From the human T2T-CHM13v2.0 reference genome, Homo sapiens, in the NCBI RefSeq assembly GCF_009914755.1, contig NC_060929.1: a DNA stretch of 64,000 nt; one strand, 5' to 3'. Position numbers and translations under genes: made by a program. The stretch's first letter is position 1, and every line of letters begins with the position of its first letter. Shown piece by piece: positions 53,798 through 64,000 of this stretch. The notes under the pieces were generated by a model. It saw nothing but the letters and a program-made list of their open reading frames with translations, was not told the origin of the DNA and made no database searches.

Positions 53798-56700
53798 ATT
53801 TACATATGAAATGTTACATAATTTTTTCCTACAAAGAAGTCAGAATTAGCCTTATTTTGGTGATTTCACCTTTGGCATCTAATTAGGTGAGAAATGGCTT
53901 TGATTTACCTCTGTCGCTTTGTCAAAGGGAGCATGTAGACCTGGATGTCAAATTCCATTGACAGGAAAAAGGGACAAGACTGGAAAACAGCCTGGAGGCA
54001 GAAATATCAGGCACTTGCAAGCCTGATGCTATCTGCTACTCAGATTAAATTCTCTCACATCAAATTCTGCACAACGAATTTTTTTTTTATAGCTTTCCTT
54101 CTATTACTACTGCTGAAAGCAAGGAAACAAATATATAAATCTCACACCCAAGCTCACAATAGAAAAACAGCACTTCACCAACTTAATTGCATTTCTTTCT
54201 ACAAAAGAATCACAAGGGAAAACACCAAAAATCTGAGTTTTGTACTCTTGTGGGTAATATTTTTTAAATTTCCCCAATTCTTTCTTTGAAGCTTCACTTT
54301 AAAATACCTTATGAGAATAATATTTCTAAGGTTTGGATTTGAATAAAATTATTGAGAAAATTAACCATATACTTGAAATGATAGAGGCTTTTACATTTAA
54401 TTTTTTTTTTCAGGATATTGGTTTAAAATATGTACTGCCAAGGAGAGAACACTTCTCATTACAGCATCCTTAGAGAAAACCACGAATTTAGGCTGGTTTT
54501 TCACAGAGGAGAAAAGATCAATTAACTTGTAATCACTGAAGCGCATATGTTTTAGAAGACTAAAGTAGGCACTACTTTCTGTGTTTCAAAAAATTGATTC
54601 CTGTTTTTGAGTTGTAACAAAGGAACTCTTGATTGTTCCTAGACACCTGCCGGTCACTTAGAGACTGCCCACCCAGAACAATCAGGCAGTACAGAAATGA
54701 ATTTGAAGTCTGGTCGCAGGAGTATGAATGTCGTATCATGTGTTAGGACATGTTGCATTGTCTCCAATAGCTAATCCAAATAAAATTGTAGTTATTGGAG
54801 CACGTTTCACAGGTATTCCGTTTAATAATTTTTTAGTAATAATATTCTAGAGAGGTCAAAGTGTTAAAACCACCATTCTCTGTAATATCCTTTAAACACA
54901 ATATGCCATTAGTCCAAGTTTTAAAAGATGTGAATTACCTCCTCTCCACAGAGCTTGTATTTCTTTTTACTTTAAAATTTCTCAATTTTTATCACAGCTC
55001 ATCCATCAGAATCATATGTACCTTTATTTTTATACTGGTTTCTATACTGTTGTTGTAAATAATGTTTCCCTTATTAAAATAATAATACCTGTTCTTAGGT
55101 TTATTATAGCATTTTAATTTGACCAACTAACAGAATATCATGTGCTATAATTAGAGTTTTTAATGTCTTTGTAGACAGTGCCACTGCTTTAGTATTTTAT
55201 TTTTCAAAAAATCCAGGCTGATTTTAATGTAAGTGTCCACAGCCTTGAGAAGATTAATAAATGATCCATACAATTATATATTATTGAAATAAACCATCAT
55301 TTTTAAGACAGTGTGAATAAGACTTCCATAATTTTCCTTCAGAATCACCTATAATATTCCATTACCTTTTAATATATCTTCCATCTGATTGTAATTTTTT
55401 AACTAATATTCTGGAAACCTGTAAGTTTCCATCTGAATAAATTCCATGTCATTTTGATGTTTCCACATCATGACCAACTCTACTCAATTGTTGCTACACT
55501 TGGCCAGGGGACACCATTTTTAGATTCCTGGGCAAGTGATATATTTTTTAAGATTCATAGCTCATAAATCTGAAAATAGTTTCTTTCTCATATAATAAAA
55601 TGACCACAAATAGCATATAGAATAGAATGTATCATAGGCATCTTCTCATCTCATGACAATATTGTTCATTTATTTGTTTTCTTGAGAAAATAAAAAATAT
55701 ATATAAATTAAAAATCAAACCAGTAGATTAAAAATGCAGTAGAGTAATTATAAATTGGCCAGAGCTATTTTTAAAGTATGAGTCTTTTATGTACACTTAG
55801 CCCTATTATTTCAGGTTATCTGTGGGAAAAAAAGTTAGCTATTTAAAGGGAAGTGCTTTTTTGTTGTTGTTTTCCTAATCATGAGTTTTATTTTTCACAA
55901 ATAATTTAAAAATTTAAAATTATATTGAAAAATAATTTTTCAAAAGTAATATTCACATGGTTAGGAAAACTGAACATTAAAAAATGCCATTATATTATTT
56001 GTAAATTTCTGAAAAAGAGCATTTGAAACTAATGATTTCCTTCACAAATTGGCATCAATATACTATTTAGAGTAGAAATAATTAAGACACCAGGGGAATA
56101 TGACACAGGATTCTTGAAAGGTAATTTATATAAACATAAAAGTCGATCGTCCAAACTCAATTTTGAATATTCACCATTGCAAACATTTTTGAAAGAGGTG
56201 GTATTTGAGAGACCTCTTTATTCAAAAAATTTAGATACAACAATGGTGAAGAGGGAATTTTTTCTCTTTTAGAAACAGCAGGAAAAGTGACTCTAACTAT
56301 AAATGACCATTCAAAGGGGTTCAAAATCGGTTTGAAATAATTTGAAAAGAGCCTGCCTTACCACACATTAAGTTTTCATGATCCCTTATTGTAAAGAGCT
56401 GCATTAGTTTTCATGTGTGTTAATCAACGTACAAATTTTGTTTTCTAATTTATAGTACACGTTAGTCTAAAATGCTTAATTTTGTATTTGATAGAATTGC
56501 AAATATGTAAACCAGTAAAACGCTCATTTTTGATGAGCGACTACTTGGATTTTTATTAAAATGTTTAGTTTGGACTATTAAAAACTGAAGACATTACTGG
56601 TCTAAAAGCACATGCTTATTATGGCTATTTTGTCTTTATAGTTTACTTGTTTCCAGGGATTTTCTTGTGTGTTCTTTATTATTTATGATTAGCCAATCAA

Positions 56701-57193
56701 CCAGACTATTTCTGTTTAGTTAATTTGGATAAGAAATTTTTCAGAGGATAGCAGGAATAGTAGTTGACGAAAAATTTTGTTAGGAACGACCCCCTAGCTG
56801 AATGGATTGCAGATCTCAGCAAGTCCTGTTACTTAGGGAGCCTCATGAGATTTTATCTGTCCTTTGTTGCCTTCAAAGCTTTCTGTTAACTGATCTCATT
56901 GCTTACAATATCTATTACCCAGAGAAAACGGTTTAATATAAATGGCAAACCTGGGATGGACTTTATACTAGATATTTTCACTCTGAAATAAATTATTTTA
57001 GTTGAAGTTGACTTTTGACTGAAGACTATCACAGTTCTGTATATAAGTGCATGAGCTCTTTCTGCAGCAAAATATCATTTTACAAATAACCTTACCTCAA
57101 TTTCAATAATATGTAAACAAATAAATATTTATGTGAATAAATAAAAAGTCAGTGCTCATTCTGAAATAATGGATTTTTAAAAAATACACTCAG

Positions 57194-57500
57194 GGCCGGG
57201 CGCGGTGGCTCATGCCTGTAATCCCAGCACTTTGGGAGGCTGAGGTGGGCGGATGAGGAGGTCAGGAGATCCAGGCTATCCTGGCCAACATGGTGAAACC
57301 CTGGCTCTACTAAAAACAGAAAAAAAAAATAGCTGGGTGTGGTGGCGCGCGCCTATAGTCCCAGCTACTCCGTAGGTGAGGCAGGAGAATCGCTTGAATC
57401 CGGGAGGCGGAGGTTGCAGTGAATCGAGTTCGCGCCACCTCACTCCAGCCTGGTGACAGCGCAAGACTGCATCTCAAAAAAAAAAAAAAAAAAAAAAAAA
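57194..57500 (+). mobile_element. AluSc-like
   Basis: GGAGATC...ATCCTGGCCAACATGG and CCTGG-TGACAG Sc diagnostics; TSD AAAATAC(A/G)CTCAG. Confidence 0.95.
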
Positions 57501-58313
57501 TACGCTCAGTAGACATGGAGAAATTCTTATTTGTTTACAATAGGAAGCACTCCAGATATCTCCAGATATATTTGTTGATCTGGAGTGATGTTACCAGTAC
57601 AAAGTATTGTCCCCTTTGAAGAAGCCACCTTTGAAACATGTGTTTTTAATCCAATGATTAAAACCTCTATTTATGTGTCCTTTGTGAAAATTGTCTCTAA
57701 AGCCCGGGTACTTAGAGGTGGTGCAGTTCTTCAGAGAGAAGTTTATAAAGCCCCAGGGAACAGTAGCCAGGCTGCCAACAGGACGTGCTCAAAGGTCAAA
57801 TAACTTCAGCCGGCGGGTAATCCATGGTTGTGGAGCTTTATAAAAAAAAAAAAAAAAAAGGAACAGAATTGTGGACACTCTAGTTGTATTTGAGAGATAA
57901 ACACAACTGCAAGAGAGATGTCAGTTTGATCTGGGAATATTCAGGAATCAGAGCCTGGAGGGCAACTTTTAAAAATGAGGGCTGGTAGGTTTGCCTTCAG
58001 CAGAAAACGTTTTCCAGAACCTTTGGCTGCTTTTAAAGTCCTTTAGTCATGCCACCTGTGAATTAAATAAGGTGTTTGATATTTAAATCTATATACGAAG
58101 TGTATATTGTTAGACAATATATTATCTAATTTGTTACTTCTGAAGTACCACTATTTTCAGCCTTAGAATATAGTTGATATTCAAAGAGCAATCAACACAC
58201 TTAAAATGTTTGGATTTTATCACCAAGAGCTACTTAAAAATTAGCTCAATGTGTGCAGTGGGATTTTTAAATAGAAATTTTCTAATTCCAATTATAGCAA
58301 TAAAATAGTATAA

Positions 58314-58698
<385 letters not shown>

Positions 58699-58739
58699 AA
58701 CTTTACACATTATTTATGAAAGTTTATACTTACGTACCT

Positions 58740-61350
<2,611 letters not shown>

Positions 61351-63244
61351 TTTCCCCATATGTTTAAGGAACACAGAATTGGAAACATTGTTAGTTCTGC
61401 ACAGGAAGTGAAGAGCCCAGCATTATATTTTGGTATGCCTGCTTACCCTACTCCCTCCCATTGGGCACTGGGAAAACTTCTTCAAAATTAAAAATTAATA
61501 GTGTTCCTTAGTTACATTGACTACAGGCTTCCCTTTTCTATTCTGCAATTATCTTTGCTGCTTTCCTTTGTTTCAGAGAGGAGTGGAAATGCCTTTACCT
61601 ACCAATTTAATCTGAAATTCTCAACAGTTTTGAAGTGGTCACAGTTGTATACTGGAAATGAACAGGTCTGAAAAATTAACGGTCTACAAAATAATTTACA
61701 CAATAAGATTTTTTCCATATATCAAAACGATATAACATGCTTTTAGTAAATATTTAATTATGAGGGAACATTCTGTAGGATATTATTTGCCCCAAGTTTT
61801 AACAATGATTAAAAATATTTGAGTTAATAAACTATTTTAAAACAGGATACTGCAAATTGTTACATGAGTAAATTTGAGTAATGAATATTTTATTGCAAAA
61901 GATGAAAACTAAACATAAAATCGAAATTATTTAAAGTACTGTACAGTAAAAATTACTTGAAATTGAAAATAAAATACAATAAAAACAGGAAAACAGTAAA
62001 TCTATACCAGTTAATAATAACTTATACTGTAAGTTATCATATTTTTTCTCTACTAAGAAAATCTAACGTGTTTAAAAACTGAAGTAAATTATTTACTAAT
62101 TTGCATACTATCTTAGCATGTTGTTGAATTATTAAATATAAATATATCTCATCGTTTAATGGTGTTTTATTTATTTCAGAGAGACAAATTTGTATTTACC
62201 ATGTCTGGCTAAACAATCATAAATGCACTCTCAGCTGAAAATGATATCATTTAATTAATATCCTTCAAACTTTTCTCTCACATGTTACTCTAACCTTCAA
62301 AATAGCCAGTGTGTAATCAACATTTATATAAATCAAAGATGTTATAATAATATCGATTTAATGAAAATTATACCTAGTGATAATATTTTGCACATGAAAA
62401 TGGCACTTAAAAATTTATAATCATTTATTTCCACTAATGTGTAGCTTCTTATTTCACACTTGTGAAAATCATGCTGCATTTTATTTAGTTTCCAGGTAGC
62501 TGGAGTAGAGTCTGATTTTAATAGTATTCAATACTCTTTGCAATGACATTATTTTGCTATTTTAATACTTAAATATCCACAGGAAAAGGATGAAAGATTA
62601 TTGCTTCTCATTAGAAGAAAAGATAATAATAAGCAATATTATGAAGACTGAAAGATTTTTATATCTGAGGATAAAGCAACAACTCAGGGTTATCTATTTT
62701 AAATAATTTTAATGGTTGCATGTATTTTAAATATTCAGAAGGAGGGGTTTAATTTTATGTAGACTGTGTTGTATTTATATGTATTGAGTTAAAGTTTAAA
62801 ATACTTCAGGCCCAACTTGAGAATTAAACCTTAAATCAGTCAAAGCCCTTCTCTCTTCCTAAAGATAACCAGTTCCTATATTTGGTGTTAATTTTTCATG
62901 TGTACAATATATAATTTTTTTGTGTTTTAAAGCCTTATAAAATATGTTGCTGTATTCTATCTTTTCTTCCTCTCAAATTCATTAACGTCAGTACATGGGC
63001 TGTAATGTATTAATTTTCAGTGTTTATTATATTTAAGAAGATCATATCACAATTTATTACCTATTTGCTTACTGATAAGCATTAATATTGTTTTTGATAT
63101 TTTCCAAAGACCACCAGTGTTGTCTTCTATACATGTTGCTTGTTCACATAATATTCCTTAGGATATACCAACGTCTGGAATTTCCCAGTCATTATTGTGT
63201 ATGGGTATTTTCAAATTTCTAGATATAGCATCAAATTAGTGTTC

Positions 63245-63372
63245 AAACATCTTATCCCAGTTAACAATTCCCATAGTAGGATATAACCAACATGATTGCT
63301 TATATTCTAAACATCTTATCCCGGTTAACAATTCCCACAGTAGAATATAACCAACATGATTGCTTATATTCT
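63245..63372. repeat. 64-bp tandem duplication (3 mismatches)
   Basis: AAACATCTTATCCC...TGCTTATATTCT at 63245-63308 and 63309-63372. Confidence 0.95.
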
Positions 63373-63580
63373 CACAAACACATGGTGTCTTCAGACTTGA
63401 TCTTTGCCAGTCTGTTTAGGGTTACATTGTAAGTTTTCTAGTTTTAATTTGTTTGTCTTTTGTTACTAAGGAGTGGAAGAACAACTTTTCAAATGTTTAT
63501 TTGTCATTTGGATTTCCTCCTCTGTGAATCTCCTAATTTTGTCTATTGGAAAACCAAAAGACAAAATTGAGTATTGTTTC

Positions 63581-63839
63581 AGTTTTTGTTGTTTTTTGTT
63601 TCTGAGACAAGGTCTCGCTTTGTCACCCAGGCTGGAGTGCCGCAGCCTTGACCTCCCAGGCCCAAGCAATCCTTGGTAGCTGGCACTACAGGTGTCCGCC
63701 ACTACGCCTGGCTACTTTTTGTAGAGATGGAGTTTTGCCATGTTGTCCAGGCTGGTCTCGAACTCCTGGGCTCAAGTGATCTGCCCGCCTTGGCCTCCCA
63801 AAGTGCTGGGATTACAGGGAGGAGCCTCCGTGCCTGGCC
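63581..63839 (-). mobile_element. AluJ with internal deletions
   Basis: CTCCTGGGCTCAAGTGATC J diagnostic; right arm has small deletions. Confidence 0.9.
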
Positions 63840-64000
63840 TAGTACTATTTCTCTTTTAAGAATTCTTCAAGGTTTTGAAAATTAAATTATTTGTTGAAGT
63901 AAATATTACAAATAAGTTAGTCTGAAAGTTCCTTTTTTACATGTTTAAAAACTTTTTTGACAGAGTTTTTTTTTTTTTTTTTTTTTTACCTTTAAGTTCA

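Larger units (their letters stand above)
62850..63980 (-). mobile_element. L1ME 3'-region fragments
   Basis: CTTTTCAAATGTTTATTTGTCATTTGGATTTCCTCCTCTGTGAA antisense L1 motif. Confidence 0.65.

Noticed and set aside
56521-56539. CGCTCAT-loop-ATGAGCG hairpin
   Set aside because: A 7-bp stem is expected by chance in 64 kb; no supporting context.

Overview
This is primate (catarrhine, possibly Old World monkey) non-coding genomic DNA, AT-rich and dominated by transposable elements. I find no credible intact protein-coding gene, RNA gene or CRISPR array; the listed ORFs fall in repeats, microsatellites or chance frames. Layout: 1-1000 is a GC-richer, promoter/enhancer-like edge with NF-kB, IRF-like and E-box motifs. 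About 3-49 kb is a dense, nested TE field: ~20 MaLR LTRs, several ERV1/ERVL LTRs, a near full-length old L1MB carrying five nested LTRs, a degenerate ERV1 provirus with readable protease DTG and RT YVDD motifs, Tigger3, Alus, L2, MIR and L3. About 50-57 kb is almost TE-free unique sequence, and 57-64 kb holds L1 and Alu fragments. Most notable: (1) a CpG-rich, 3'UTR-only processed retrocopy recognised as FASN, with polyA tail and TSD, inside an MLT1A LTR and spanned by a 205-codon ORF; (2) a ~115 bp unique sequence duplicated 1.77 kb away, the second copy flanked by a perfect 11-bp direct repeat with no polyA; (3) a PBX-HOX/MEIS/TCF motif cluster right next to it. Repeat subfamily names and the FASN call come from recalled consensus sequences, not a database search, and boundaries are approximate. 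I found no convincing new multi-gene biological system.
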